From contig NC_042997.1 in assembly GCF_006345805.1 (NCBI RefSeq), positions 170,686,001 to 170,750,000 of the forward strand: a stretch of 64,000 nt of DNA. Direction: 5' to 3'. Shown here in pieces: positions 63,998-64,000 of the stretch. Each line of letters starts with the position of its first letter. Position 1 is the first letter of the stretch. The notes under the pieces were generated by a model that was not told the origin of the DNA, ran no database searches, and worked only from the letters and a program-made list of their open reading frames with translations. The translations under genes were made by a program, and so were the position numbers. The stretch is from Octopus sinensis (lineage: Eukaryota).

Positions 63998-64000
63998 TAG
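63850..64000. repeat. (CAGA/GATA)n microsatellite
   Basis: Visible run to the window end. Confidence 0.95.

Overview
Eukaryotic, very AT-rich, repeat-saturated DNA with no confidently identifiable host protein-coding gene and no true tRNA, rRNA or CRISPR. The mix of tRNA-derived SINE families, CR1/RTE/Penelope fragments and dense (TA)n/(CA)n/(TAA)n/(GATA)n microsatellites looks like coleoid cephalopod (Octopus-like) intergenic or intronic DNA; this assignment is an inference. Almost all six-frame ORFs are microsatellite or SINE artefacts. The real coding remnants are all from transposons: two mariner transposases, Tigger and pogo C-termini, a split Helitron helicase, CR1 and RTE reverse-transcriptase C-termini, two Penelope GIY-YIG fragments and a 1.7-kb Gag-like ORF1-only retroposon with a 15-bp TSD. 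Highlights: (1) seven type I hammerhead-ribozyme-like motifs at six unrelated loci between 36.3 and 60.5 kb, including a 110-bp-arm palindrome with one motif on each strand; (2) the ORF1-only retroposon sits 8 nt upstream of one hammerhead core; (3) a GGATC-terminal MITE family with 8-bp TSDs (Merlin-like) in three architectures; (4) a SINE trimer inserted as one unit, with a recurrent junction; (5) a SINE and a CR1 LINE share a 3' stem-loop with compensatory base changes. All alignments and folds were made by eye and none was computed.
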